A stretch of DNA of 64,000 bases from the human T2T-CHM13v2.0 reference genome, Homo sapiens: NCBI RefSeq assembly GCF_009914755.1, contig NC_060932.1. One strand, written 5' to 3'. The stretch's first letter is position 1. The number at the start of each line of letters is the position of its first letter. Positions 31,395-45,583 of this stretch are shown here, piece after piece. Position numbers and translations under genes: made by a program. The notes beneath the pieces were generated by a model. The model was not told the DNA's origin. It did not search any database and was given only the letters and a program-made list of their open reading frames with translations.

Positions 31395-31610
31395 TGACTG
31401 ATTATTTACCGTGTGCCAGGCATAAATGGATAGATGCATTTCTGTACATTAGTCATTTAAGACTCATACTGCTTCTGTGCACTTTGTAGTATCCTCCTAT
31501 TTTAAATATGAAAAAACTGAGACTCAAACAGGTGAACTCGGCCAAGGTCACACAGCTGATAAAGATGGAAGAGCAAAGACTCCACTCAGCTCTGTCGACT
31601 TTGGACAGAA
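31395..31610 (-). mobile_element. MIR
   Basis: GTGTGCCAGGCAT...AAACTGAGACTC...GCCAAGGTCACACAGCT. Confidence 0.7.
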
Positions 31611-32442
31611 GGGTGTATTGTTTCATTTTACCATTCGAATGGTATGGCCAAGCCAGTGAGTTTAAAGGGAGTGGGAAGCTCAGAGCAGGGAGGCCCTCGG
31701 AGATGCCTTTACAAAATGTCTTTTGGTGAGGACATCACATCACAACGTATGGACAAAGAAACACAGTGCCAGAGGAGTCTTTGGTGACTCCCCAGGGAAA
31801 CCGATTCTAGGGGCAGCAGACGCCAGGCTGGTCTGCACCTGGGGCCCAGTGAAGGCAGCAGTTAGCTATTAGGCCACCTGAAAAGAGGGAATTAGAGGAC
31901 AGGCAGATGTTTTCAATGCATGAGCAAAAGTGAAGACATTGGCCTGAGAAGTAGAGAGCTCAAGGCCAGAAGTCTGAGGGGATGAATGGAGTTACATCTG
32001 TTGGAGGTGTTCAGATTTCCGGTACGCAGGGTTATTCCGGATATTTCAGCTATGTTAACTGGCTTTTTGGTTTGTTCTGGGTGGAGTGGGGGCCATGACA
32101 TCCCTGACGCTGCTAATTTAAAGAGGCTGTGTTAGCAGACTCAGGGTAAGGACTACAGGTATATAAAGGCCTTATCAGCGGCGGCCACAGACTATTTACT
32201 CTGAGCCTCCCACGGCGGCTGGCTCCAATACTGTGTAATTTCTGCTGCTTTTGAGAAAGGTGCAGGATACTTACTGCTTATTAGGGCTCGTGCTTGAACC
32301 TTAAAAGAGAGTAATCAGCAAGACCATCTCTGTGCACGTTGGTAGGAAATTGGAATTTGTCTTTTGGTCTGTATCTCTGTTTGCCTCCACTTCAGCGACC
32401 TCAGCTGAATCCTAGTGACCCAAGAGCCTGGATGATAACCTA

Positions 32443-32901
<459 letters not shown>

Positions 32902-34048
32902 TCAACTCACATATTAGTGTAGCTTACCCACTTGGTCCTTTGTAAATCAATCCCCATCTGTACTTCAAGAGCACAGGCTTCTGGAGGACAAATAAAGGAG
33001 GAAGCCTCCCTGGGGAGGGAGGGGCCTATGTTAGGGCCTAGTCTGGGCTGAAGGTCTGGAGCACAGAAGTTCAGCAAGGCAGGAAGCTTGACCTTTGCAA
33101 CCAGAACAGTTTGGGATGCAGCTGCTCTCCAGGCCCTGGCTGTTTGGATCTTGACTCTTTTGTACTTTCTGCCCAAATGGTCAGTGGCCCCGGGAGCTGG
33201 GATGGCAGGAGTTAAGGAAAGGGAGCAAGATGAGTTCCTGTTGGTGACTCATGCCAGGAATTTCTTCAGGTCCCCGTGGGGGAGAGGTCATTGGAGACAA
33301 GGCCTTCTAGGATCCCCAGTTTAGGCTACTGACTCATACACAAATCCTTTCTCTTAACATAGCCATGATTATTTATGAGAATTAGCAAATTGAGAGTGTA
33401 GGCATTGGAGTCAAACATGTGACTTTGAGTTCCAATTGGGCTATTTCTCAGCTGCGCAACTTTGGGCAAGTTATTCTCTCTGACACTCAGTTTTTTTTTG
33501 TTTGTTTGTTTTTTGTTTTTCCTGAGAAATGAGAATAAAACTCTCTCCTTTGGGGTTCCTATTAATAACAAATAATAGATGGAACTTAGTAGAGACTCAA
33601 TACCAGTTTCTTTCACCTCTTCTTTCTCCATCAGTTTCCCACTCTCGACTTTTCCCTCCCCAAATTACAAGGCATCAGAAATTCAGGGGAAAGAAGAAGA
33701 GGGCCAAGGGAAATGACACACCAGTGAAACATTGCTTGAGGGATGAGTCTCAACTTCTGGGGTGGGATCACTCACCCCACAGGAGATCCCCTTGGCTTGT
33801 CTATTGCATTTCTAAACCCAGAGGCAAATTGAAGCCATCATAAGTATGAGAGATAATGTAGAAATTGCAACAAATATTCGAAGAAATAAAACTACCAATA
33901 CCTCTTCGCCACCTCCAATATCAGAGAGGGCTCATGGGGAAGAGAGTGGGGAGAGGGGATATCTTAGAATCATTCACCTCTTGTTGCTATTGTTGTTAAA
34001 TAGCACTCCTGGCACTTCAAACTGAAAAGCAGTGTTGGCACTCAAGTC

Positions 34049-34357
34049 TTTTTTTTTTTTTTTTTTTTTTTTTTGAGACACAGTCTCACTCTGTTGCCCA
34101 GGCCGGAGTGTAGTGGCATGATCATAGTTCACTGCAGCCTCAACCTGTCAGACTCAAGCAATACTCCTGGCTCAGCCTCCCGAATAGCTGAGACTATAGG
34201 TGCACAACACCACACCTGGCCAATTTTTTTATTTTTAGTAGAGATTGGGGTCTCGCTATGTTGTCCAGGCTTGTCTTGAACTCCTGAGCTCAGGTGATCC
34301 TCCCACCTTGGCCTCCCAAAGTGCTGGGATTACAGGTGTGAGCTACTGCACCGGGTT
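34049..34357 (-). mobile_element. AluJ
   Basis: Poly-T plus J-type arms. Confidence 0.92.
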
Positions 34358-35194
34358 AGGTGTCCAAGTGTTTAGGTCGTCTGAGACTGCAGGTCACTCA
34401 TTTACCATAAAGGGAAGGGAGTCAGGATTATTAATAACCAGAATTGCCCTAGAGTGAAGGGCTTCCTTTTCATATTCATATATTCGAAAGATGGAGCTGC
34501 TCATGGGCCCCTTTTTGGCCTCTTTGTGCTTTCTTCTGGTAGTGGGTAGGTTAGAGAACACGGTAAAACACACGACTTTGCCATGTCTTGGGTCTTTTCA
34601 TCCTCCGTCCACCTCCCGCCCCCACCTACCCCCGAACCTTCCCTCCTTTGTGCAAATCTGTTTTCGCCACAGGAGCACATGCTGTCTCTTCTAGCTACAA
34701 CACTACTTGCTAATTCAACGATTCATCTTTAATGAGGCCCCCTGCCAATGTTTAAATAGCATTCAGAACAAAGAAAAGGCAGTATTTCCAAAACAGCTGC
34801 TTCTGCTGCATCCTCATAGCTCATCTCTCAGAAAATCAAGAAAAATACCTTGACAGATGATGGAAAAATACCTGGCTATTATAGATAGAGATACTATCTA
34901 TATATCTATAAATGGATATGGATAAAGATAAAATACCCACTTCTGTGATGCCAGAGATCTTGAATATAAGCATCCTAAAAAGTTTTGTTGGGTTTAGATA
35001 GTGCTACTTCAGGGAGGCTTTTCTTTATGATTTTGGTTCTTTTCAGAATTGTTTGGGAAACATATTTAGTCATGGAAAGAGCACGCAATTTGGGATTAGT
35101 TAAATCTAGGCCCACCTTTGAGCTCTGTCACAGACTAGCTGTGTAAGTGGGTAGATCATGTGAGTTCTCTGCCCATATGTTACGTTATTGGTAA

Positions 35195-35584
<390 letters not shown>

Positions 35585-37074
35585 ATTTCTTGGTTTTAAA
35601 TTCAGGACCCTCTAAAATCATAAAGCATTGGCAGAGTCCAAAGGACTCTGTGCCTGTGTTTCCAGAAGTGCTGCTCCAGGGGCAATAAGTCTTCTCAGTA
35701 GCCATCTCTCTAATGTGCCTCATCAATTCCACACCTTTGAGTAAGAAAGGATGAGCATCATGTAGAGAAGGAGGCTTGGGGAAGTCACAGTTGCTTTTAT
35801 GAGTTTTTAAAAGGGAGATTTAAAATAACAGAGACTAGAAAAACAATAAATGAACCCAAGGAAACTAGAAGAAAGGAATAAATGTGTTTCAAACAATTAA
35901 CAAACTGTAACACAGAAATATGGTAGAATTGATTTAAAACCATACATGGTTCTTTGAAAGGGGGAGAAATGTAAACTTTGAAAAAGAATTGAATTAAGAA
36001 AACATTTAACATCAGGCCTGAGCTAAAACCTATAGACACAAATGAAGAAACTTTTAAATTATTGGGGAAAGATGAGGCAGATGTTCAGAGAGATATGAAG
36101 GAAAAGTGAGGGAATGGGAGGAGGAGGAGGAGGAAGCCAGGCTTGTCCCTCCTGCTGCCTGTCTGGTCAATTCTTCCTTGAATTCCATCTGATGCTTTAA
36201 TTTCATTTTTTGCTTTAGCCATCTTGAAGTTGATTTCTACTAGGTACTTGTAATTAAATGACCATTACTAATACAGTTGTGAAAATAGCAAGTTACAAAG
36301 TAGTTACTTTAATATGACCCTATTTTTGTGAAAGAAAATTGTGTGTAAATGTCTATAAAACAAAGCCTGGAAGTGTATACCCTAAAAATGATAACAATGG
36401 TTATATTTGGGGAATGGGATTATAAGTGCATTTTATTTTCTGCTTTTTGCTTGTATAATTGATTATGCATGAGTTATCAGGACAAGAGGGCTGTTTGGAC
36501 TTGTGTGGATTAGTGGATTTGTAAGATTTAGCCTATCTGATTAGTTAAATATCTTGTTTATCTTCTTGGCCTTTAAAAGAGGAGTGTTAGAGCAATGATA
36601 ATATGGCTGCATAAGGGCCAGACTGTTGTTGTATAGCAAGCAGGGGGTGACATCAATGAGACGAGAGAAGAGAGCACCAATTAGAAAGGTTAAAGGGCCA
36701 GATAAAGGAGCCAAGCAGGCGAATCCAGGGTTCACAGATCCTGATAGAGAACGGGGCTTTCTGTCTGATTGCCAAGAAACAGGAGATGCCTACATTGCTG
36801 TTGTAATCAGGAGTCATTTGGTTGCAAGGACAGAAATTCCTTCAAGCTTAAAGTTTACAAAGAAGGCTCCATAAAAGGATACAGGGACATCACATTGACC
36901 CCTAACTGTATAACTACGGCCTGCTACTCTGTCTCTGGATCTGGGTGGCCTCTCCTTACTTCTTTCTGCAGCTCAGATGTCTGTGTGAACTCCAAAGCTC
37001 CCTCCTTGATAACAGCAGGGAGAGCCAGCCTCTCCTACCCTGAGCTTCCATAGCACATTCCACTGTGCTGCAGT

Positions 37075-37440
37075 TTTCTCTCTTTCTCTCTCATCTCTCT
37101 TCTCTTCTCTCTTCTCTTCTCTTCTCTCTTCTCTTCTCTCTTCTCCTCTCTCTTCTTTTCTCTCTTCTCTTCTCTTTTCTTTTCTCTTCTGTCTTCTCTC
37201 TTCTTGCTTCTCGTCTCACTTCTCCTCTCGTCTCTCTTCTCCTCTTGTCTCTCTTCTCTTCTCGTCTCTCTTCTCTTCTCGTCTGTCTTCTCATCTCTCT
37301 TCTCTTCTCGTCTCTCTTCTCTTCTCGTCTCTCTTCTCTCGTCTCCCCCCTCGTCTCCCCTCTCCCCTCCCCTCTCCCCTCTTTTCTTTCTCTCCTTTCC
37401 TTTCCTTCTCTCTCTCTCCCTCTTTCCTTTCTTTCTTTCA
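37075..37440. repeat. polypyrimidine (CTCTT)n-type low-complexity tract
   Basis: About 365 nt almost entirely C/T, with TCTCG variant units. Confidence 0.95.
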
Positions 37441-39691
37441 TCTCTGAGCTCATTATTGGTAGGAATGAACTTTTTCCTTTCTTTTTCATCAATCACCAGA
37501 AAACTGCTCAGTACTTATTTTGAATGACAAATATGACAGTGTGAGGGAAAGTACTGTATAAAGTTAAGTACTTTATAAAATTATCATAATCACAAGATAA
37601 TATTTTGTTGTGTTCTTTCAAGGCAGCCTTTCTTGCTTTCTTACTCCAGGCCTGTTCCTGGTATAATATCCAGGCAGGCCAGTTGCAGAACTAAAATTAA
37701 TTTTACCAATCCCTCTCTTGGTTCAGAAATCAGATGAGATGAGACACATGGAATTGCCTATTCCCATGCCTTCTGCATAGTAGCTGTTTATGCTTGCTTA
37801 AATCCCTGAGGAAGGTCCAATGGGAAGATGCACAAAAAAGAATTAGGTGTTCAGTAACTTCCTATGGCTCTGGAGGTTTTTAATGGGGAGACTCCAGCAG
37901 CTTGGCCTCAGTTGGGCCACAGTCCGTCAAAGAATCTTAATGCCCACATCAAGCTCCATTACATGACTTCTTGGTATGCATTTGACTTTTTTCATCTTCT
38001 CCCATGATCACATTTATTTTAATGTCCAGAATCTGCAGCTACACATACCCCCTCTTTGATACTTGTCTTTCTACTTGGCATGGCTCATAGATTGTTTTAA
38101 TCATGCAATATGATCTCAATCTCTTTAGAAGTAGGCTTAGGTAGAAATAAATCCCCACTGAAATAGTGATTCCACTGTAGCTTTGCTCAGTGGCTTTTAG
38201 GAACATTCTCTGTTCAGCGGGACTCATCTTGGCCATGAACTTTTACCTATAGAGCACTAATTCCCATAACTTCCTTCAAGGAGATGTTAACTCAACAAAT
38301 ACTTAATTGAACATTAATACATACCACTGGGTCTCTGGTGTTGCTTATTTTGTTTTGTGATTACTAAACCAGTACCCCTGTATTCAGGGGATGCAGAACA
38401 TAGAGGAAAGACAGGCAATCCTAGAATTTGTCTCAAGCCAGCTGTGGCAGTGATGTAGGGTAGCTTACACTTCCAGTGTATTCTTCATTTGCTTTTCTCT
38501 GATATAAAGTCTGGAAAGATCCGAACACGCCTTCCAAATTCCCCAGCAGTCTGGAGTGACTGTGTTCTGGCTGCAGTTGTTGTCGGTGAAACATCACAGA
38601 AGTGAGGCCTCTTTTCTTCTTTCTTCCTCCTCCCTGTTGTGAGTGTGGGGCTTGAGCTTGGCAGCCCTCTCCAAGGCTGGAAGAGAAAGAGAGGGGAGAG
38701 CTTGGTTCCTCGGTGCACACTCCAGCCCTGGACTGCTATGCTGATATTGCTTTGTGAGAGAAATAAACCCCTTATCATTTCAGCTGCTGTTTGTTTATGG
38801 GAGCTTGCAGGCTAAAGCAGTCTCAACTCACATATCTGCCCTCTCACAGGAGCCTTGGCTGGAGGGATCTTACTTCACTTACATTAGCTCATGAAGCCCA
38901 TCTAGCATGATCTACATTACAATGGACAGTCTAACCCCCTCCCCGCAGGCATGGGCTGGCAAACTCTAGTTATAAGAGGATCTTTAATTAACAGCAAAAA
39001 TCACATATGACATTATTTAATAGGCAGACAAGAAATCAGGGATGAATACCACTTCATTCACAACTGGCAGATTCCTTTCTCACTAATCCCTTTCCGCTTT
39101 CCATTTTGCTCCCCCCGTGACCCCAGCCTTCTAGCAGAAAATACTCCATTTACCCCTGAGCTGTCGACCTGTTTTCTTCTGCTCCTCTTCAATGTGGCCT
39201 TCTTATCTCATTTACCTTGCTCTTCTGTTTCCAGGCCCCCTTGCCTCCTGTGATGCATTTTAGTGAATTGTCTCCTTATTGGTAGCCTGGCTCTATTCTC
39301 ACTCTCCAAGTCACACAGTAACTCTAGTAAGAAGGGACCAATGCTACATTTCCACAGAAATTGGGATCAAGTGCAGGAAAATACAGCTAAGGAGGAATGA
39401 TTTGCTCCTGGGAGTAGGAGCTTTGGGTTGGAGAAAGCTTTGTACGGGATTTAATGTTTACATCGAGATGCGGAGGGGACAAAAGGATTTTTTTTTTTTT
39501 CCCTCAGAGAACAGAAGAAATAAATTCCAGAGGGAGGAAAGAGTGCAATCTAGATACAGGTGGGTGGCATTTTTGGGGAGCACTGCATAGTCTCTTATAG
39601 ATAGAGACATGAGGAAGTGGTGTGAGAGTCCCTAAATATGAGGCTGGAAAGAGATATTTGGACCAGAGTTTGAAGAAAACAGAGAAGCTTG

Positions 39692-39725
<34 letters not shown>

Positions 39726-41109
39726 CACAGGTGAATGGTAACCAATCAAATCCTGGAAAGGAAACTAGACAGTGTTTTAATCAGGGAGAAGGAAAGGAAC
39801 TATATTTAATAAATATAGTTTATTTTCTTTAAATTCACAGATCAATTTTCTTCTTACAATAAGCCTTGATGGTAGATAGATAAAATATTACACTCTCATT
39901 TCATAGCAGAATGAAGAACAACCAGTCAGGTAACTACGGGAGCAAGTTCACACCAGAAATGACTGGGGGCTTGGGCAGGGCAGGAGCAATGAGGATGGAG
40001 AGGAAGAGATGGATGACAGCTGTTTCAGGAATAAAGCCAATAACAAATGGAAACATTAAAACATCAAGTGGGCTAGTGAGGAAAGTCCAAGATGGGCATG
40101 AGCAAAGTCTCAGTGAATGAATTAATAAGACAGAGACGTGTTGTAGAGACAACCAGCAGGACCTGAATAGAGCTGATAGGATGTAGAATGAGTCAGATTA
40201 GGTGGGGCTTGATGGTGGTCCCTGCTGTCAAATGTTGCAGATAGGTCAAGGACATGTAAAACTCACAGAAACTTAATGGAGAGATTCTGCAACCTTTAGA
40301 AAGCACTCTTCACAAATAGGGCAGAAGCTAAATAGGAAGTGTCTGGAGAGTCAGTGGAAGGTAGGAATGGAGACCAGGCATGGGTGTAGCCTTATTTTCA
40401 GCACGTCTGATGGTCAACAAAGAAGAGATGCTGTGGAAAGTTAAGCACATGTGTGAGGGAGAGGGATTAAGCCTGAATAAAGGCCCTTTGAAGGGTTGGA
40501 GACCTTGTTGAGAAGTTGAAAGACTGCAAGGTGAATAGAAGGGGAGAGATCCCGGGTACAAGAAGGAAGGGAGGATAAAGATTCTCTGCATTTGTAGAGA
40601 TTGTTACAGTTTATACAGTGCTTTTGCATTCAATGTCTCATATAGGGATATGTGGGACCAACATCACCACCCATTTGATAGATGGGTAAACTGAGGCTCA
40701 CAGAGATCAAATGACTTTATTAGAGAGGGGAGACCGAGGATATGAACTCAGGATGCCTGAAACTGGTTAGGATTTTGTTGTTTGTTTTTATTCGTTGCCT
40801 TCCACACGAGGGAAAACATGACTTGAAAAACTACCACTTAAGAGTAACACATTTTTGTGGAGAAACACTCCCATTCATTGCCTACTTTGAATTTTCCACC
40901 ACAATGACCCTGTGAGGTTGGCAGAATCAGCTTTTTTCTCATTCCATTGATAAGCAAACGCAGCCTCAGCAAGGCCAAGCAACTTCCATGATGCCACATA
41001 GCTAAGAAATGGCCAAGAAGGGCCTCAGACTCTCATCTTGACTCTTAGATGAACAGTCCGGTCGACAATGAGGCTTCTCCCTGCACTTGTGGATGAGAGG
41101 ACAGCCTTT

Positions 41110-41460
41110 CAGCAGTGTGGCAGATAAACAGTGCATCTCCCCCATATTTCTGGTTCTCTGCTCCCTCCTGGAACCTGGAGGGTTGTATATTGCCATGCCC
41201 TTGGGTTAGGCATGACCATCTGACTTGCTTTGGACAATGCAGCATGAGCTGATGTGCAGTTCTTCACAGTCTTGTCTTCTACTGTCTGGGCTATTTTGGA
41301 AGAGAAAGGGATGGAAGCTGCTGGAATGTCAACTAACACCAGGAGGCTAGCTGCCTGGAAAGTTGCCTAAACCTGGAGCCAACTTTGAGTGAGTGAGAAA
41401 TAAATTAAAATGCCTGATATCTGGAGATTGTTACAGCAGCATGATCTAGTTTATACAGTT
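41110..41460 (+). mobile_element. old MLT1 (I/J-like) LTR
   Basis: GGCATGACCATCTGACTTGCTTTGGACAATG...GAGTGAGAAATAAA...TTGTTACAGCAGCATGATCTAG. Confidence 0.6.
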
Positions 41461-42256
41461 GAACACCAACAAACTCTTCCCAGTGTAAAAAAAGAAAAAT
41501 CCCAGTGCCTCATAGATAACCCTATCCCAAAGAGACAAGCATCTTCCCAGAATAACTGGGAAATAAACATCACTAAGTCCTTCTAGGAGTTAAAATGCCA
41601 TCAGGACTTTTTTTTTTTTTTTTTTTTTTTTAAGGTTCTATTGGATGTTGAGTTTTTATTATGAGGTTGAGTTGTGAGCTTGAGGAGAAATTGTTTTTAC
41701 AGATGTTCAGGGTGTGTTATGAGGAAATGGCCTTTTACAGGGGTTCAGATTGATGGGCTCTCTAGGGACCCCTTCTGACTACATGCGCAGAGGAAGTAGG
41801 GAGGGGCCTGAAGAGGCACAGAAGGACACCATGGAGTTTGAGGAAGACCAGGAAAAGGGGGTGGCTGAGTGATGAACTAGAACAAGATTTGGAGTCACAT
41901 AGACTTGGGTAGAGTCCTGGCCAAATCACTTAACCTATCTGAGTCTTAAAATGGTTTTCTATACAATGGGAAAAATGATACTTGCCTTATAGAATTATAG
42001 TGAATTTAGATAGATTCAGTCACAAGTATGATTACTTTTGTATCCATGAGGGATTGGTTCCAGGCCTCCCCATCAGGATGCCCAAATCTGAGAATGCTCA
42101 AGTCCCTTGTATAAAATGATGTAGTATTTACACATGATCTATGCATATCTTCCTGTATACCTTGTCATCTCTAGATTACTTATAATACCTAATACAATGT
42201 AAATGCTATATAAATTGTTATTGTTTTTTATTTGTTATTTTTTTATTGTCCTACTG

Positions 42257-42560
42257 TTTCTTTGTTTGTTTGTTTTTTTGAGATGGGGTTTCGCTCTGCC
42301 ACCCAGGCTAGAGTGAGTGGTGTAATCTCTGGTCACTGCAACCACCACCTCCCAGGTTCAAGCAATTCTCCCACCTCAGCCTCCTGGGCAGCTGGAATTA
42401 TAGGCGTGCATCACCATTCCCGGCTAATTTTTGTATTTTTACTAGAGATGGGTTTTCACCATGTTGGCCAGGCTGGTCTCAAACTCCTGACCTCAGGTAA
42501 TCCATCTGCCCTGGCCTCCCAAAGTACTCGGATTACAGGCATGAGCCACCACACCCGGCC
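42257..42560 (-). mobile_element. AluSx
   Basis: Full Alu. Confidence 0.92.
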
Positions 42561-42565
42561 GAATA

Positions 42566-42896
42566 TTTTTTTTAATTTATTTTTTATTTTTAAAATTTTT
42601 TTAGAGACAGGGTCTCTCTCACTCTGTCACCTAGGCTGGAGTGCAGTGGTGCAATCATAGCTCACTGCAGACTCAAACTCCTGAGCTCAAATCATCCTTT
42701 TGCCTCAGCCTTTCTAGTAGCTGGAATTACTGGAACGTGCTACCATGCCTGGCTAATTTCTTTATTTTTATTTTTTTGTAGAGATGGATTCTTGCTATGT
42801 TGCCTAAGCTAGTCTTGAATTCCTGGGCTCAAGCGATCCTCCTACCTCAGCCCCCCAAAGCACTGGGATCACAGGCGTTAGCCAGCATGCCTGGCC
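42566..42896 (-). mobile_element. AluJ
   Basis: Full Alu, J-type. Confidence 0.92.
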
Positions 42897-43021
42897 ACTA
42901 TTTTCTGAGGTTGGTTGTATTCTTGAATGTGGAACCCATGGATATGGAGGGCCAACTGTAGCTTACAATGGGGACTTGATGGTCCAGTTCTTACTTTTTT
43001 CTCCTGAAGTGTCAAAGCAGT

Positions 43022-43369
43022 TGCTATAAACTGAACTGTGTGGCCTCAAAATTCCTGTTTTGAGGAATATCACAGTATTCCCCAGTGTGGTGGTATTTGC
43101 AGGTGGGGCCTTAAGAGATAGTTAGGTTTCCTGAGGTGATGAGGGTGGGGCACTCATGAGGGGATTTGTGGCCTTGAAGAATTAGTGTCATGGGAAGACA
43201 GAGAGAAGGCTGCTGTCTGAAAGCCAGAAAAAGAGCCCTCAGCAGAACCCAGCCATGCTGGTGTCCTGATCTCAGCCTTCCAGCCTCCAGAACTGTGAGA
43301 ATATGAATGCTTGTTGTTTAAGCACTCAGTCTGTTGAATTTTGTTATGGCAGCCGGAGCTAATATAGAC
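43022..43369 (+). mobile_element. MLT1A/MSTD-type MaLR LTR
   Basis: TGCTATAAACTGAAC...CCAGCCTCCAGAACTGTGAGA...TTTTGTTATGGCAGCC. Confidence 0.85.
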
Positions 43370-44129
43370 CTGGGTTTGAACAGGGAGTTAGAAGCTTCTA
43401 CTTCTTGTCTACTTTTATTGCTTCTTTTGTGACTACATTTTGGGGTGGTGAGACCTCGGGAAGTGCAGTTTGGGCAGGGTGGGGTGGGGGTACCCTCTTT
43501 GTAGAAGTTGCATTTGAGTCTTAAATGCTGAGAGCAGCCAGGGTGTGGCTGGGGAGAAAGGAGCACACTGCTGGCTGCTTAGAGCTGGCTCCAAGGTCAT
43601 GGTTCTAAGTGGGCCTTCTGCATTGTCTGGTCTTGCTTACCAGAAAATTGATTTAGGGTAGGCTTGGAGTCAGTATGAAACAGAATTCCACAAGCTGAGT
43701 GTCCTATCTGACACCACTCTTGGGAGCCCCAGCAAAGTGTGCTGGGCATTGGCATTGGGTGTCAACTAGGGGAGGCAAAGGGAACCCCCAATATATTGGC
43801 CCCAAGGGAGAATTTTGTGGTGTCCCCTTTCCAGAGCCCTGATCTTGTACCTGTCACCTCAAGCATTTTTTCCTCTTGCTTGGAAGGTTGTGCAGTTCTA
43901 AAAGAGGACATTGGATGTTGTAATCTTTTCCTTAACACAGGTTTCCCAATCTTTATTTGTTCACACCCAATTGTCACATTCTTTAGTTGTTGTATCTGTG
44001 AAATGTCCATCCTATCATTTATTTCATAATGCCTCAAAATGGACTCATTTTATTTAAACATATACTTTAGTTTTATGTTAAGCAATACTATTAACGAAAT
44101 TAGAGTCTGTGTTTATCTTCATTTTAAAA

Positions 44130-44265
44130 AAATTATTATTTTTTTTTTGTAGAGATGAGGTCTCCCTGTGTTGCCCAGACTGGACTTGAACTCCTGGCCT
44201 CAAGAGGTCCTCTCACCTCGGCCTCCCCAAGTGCTGGGACTAGGCATGAGCCATCATGCCCAGTC
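44130..44265 (-). mobile_element. FLAM
   Basis: Left-arm monomer. Confidence 0.85.
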
Positions 44266-44449
44266 TCCCTTTTTTTTTTTTTCCTCGAGCACACATTACA
44301 ATAAATATGTCACTTAAAATTTTTAGAGAATATTCATGAATGCCCCACCTCACATCACCTTGGGGACCACTCATAGGACACGAACCACATTTGGGGTACT
44401 CGCTTTAGGAGCTGAGGCGAGCAGGGTACCTTACAGATGGGGGTGGGAC

Positions 44450-44720
44450 AAAGGGCGTTTGCAAGGAGCAGCAACGTTCTCGCAGCGCCAGCCCCATGGG
44501 TGGCCTCCATCTCGGTGGAGCCTCCGTCTTGGCACTGCCATCTGCTCTGAGCGAGCAGGCTTTTGTGAGAAGCTGTGGGAGGGTAAGCCTGGCTGATTGG
44601 CTGGAGCCGTGCCCAGAGTGCCCAGATGTACATTTGCCCCAAAAGAGGGGGCACAGCTGGGGTTCACTGTCTCCCTGGAGGGCTGGTTTTTCTGGTGCAG
44701 CTCAAGGCTGCCTCCCTCTT
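44450..44720 (+). promoter_or_regulatory. probable gene promoter
   Basis: GC/CpG-enriched unique sequence with a perfect NF-Y box CTGATTGGCT (44593-44602), ~100-120 bp upstream of a pyrimidine-rich candidate start region. Confidence 0.65.
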
Positions 44721-45019
44721 TCCTGCCGCGCATTCTGCTCAGCTGGGCGGCGAGGAGCTGGCCCAGAGCGGCACCGCGAGCTCCCTCACCGCCGTCTGCC
44801 TGCCATTTGCTGCCACTGGGGACCTGCGACTGCTTCCATGGAAACAGAACCATGGATTGTTTTTCCAGAAAACGTCTCAATCTAATTTGTGTAGAGTCGC
44901 GTTGCGTGTGTGCACGTCTGTGTGTGTGCTTCAGTCACAGAAGGGGGTGAGAAGTGGGAAGAGGGGATTTGCATAGAACCTCCAATTTTCCTTATTTCCT
45001 AGGGAGTTGATGATTTCAG
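44718..45019 (+). other. probable non-coding first exon of a + strand gene (tentatively the NRXN3 upstream exon; unverified)
   Basis: Follows the CCAAT promoter and ends at a perfect donor CAG|GTGAGT; contains two uATGs, an X-box-like site and an octamer. The 5' boundary is approximate; gene identity is an unchecked recollection. Confidence 0.6.
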
Positions 45020-45313
45020 GTGAGTATTGCATGTCAGACACTGAGTCTTATTAAGGGCTTGGGTTAGGAAGCAGTGACCATTATATTTGCCTAGGGTACT
45101 CCGAAATACTTGAATCCTGCCTTGGTCTAGGTAATTCTCCTTCTCACTAGGTCTTCCTCAGAGGAGGGAGGTGCATGGGGAGACAAAGCATGGCAGTGAG
45201 TAAGACTCCGCTTAGCATTTCCTACCCCGGTGTAGGACTCCAGGAACTGGGCTGAGTCCCCTCCACAGTTTCCCCTATACCAGGAAGGGCAACATGGCCT
45301 CAAAAAGAAATAA

Positions 45314-45583
<270 letters not shown>

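Larger units (their letters stand above)
42025..42960 (+). mobile_element. MER2 interrupted by two Alus
   Basis: GTATCCATGAGGGATTGGTTCCAGG...GCTCAAGTCCCTTGTATAAAATG ... GGAACCCATGGATATGGAGGGCCAACTGTA. Confidence 0.85.

Noticed and set aside
37035-37527. Four overlapping ORFs of 107-153 aa (E/R/K-rich and S/L-rich)
   Set aside because: Stop-free translations of the CT/GA low-complexity tract
44636-44655. CTCF-like AGAGGGGGCAC
   Set aside because: The 5' half of the CTCF core matches poorly
44336-44976. Cluster of overlapping 86-149 aa ORFs on both strands
   Set aside because: Expected in GC-rich promoter DNA; most begin upstream of the probable TSS or at non-ATG codons
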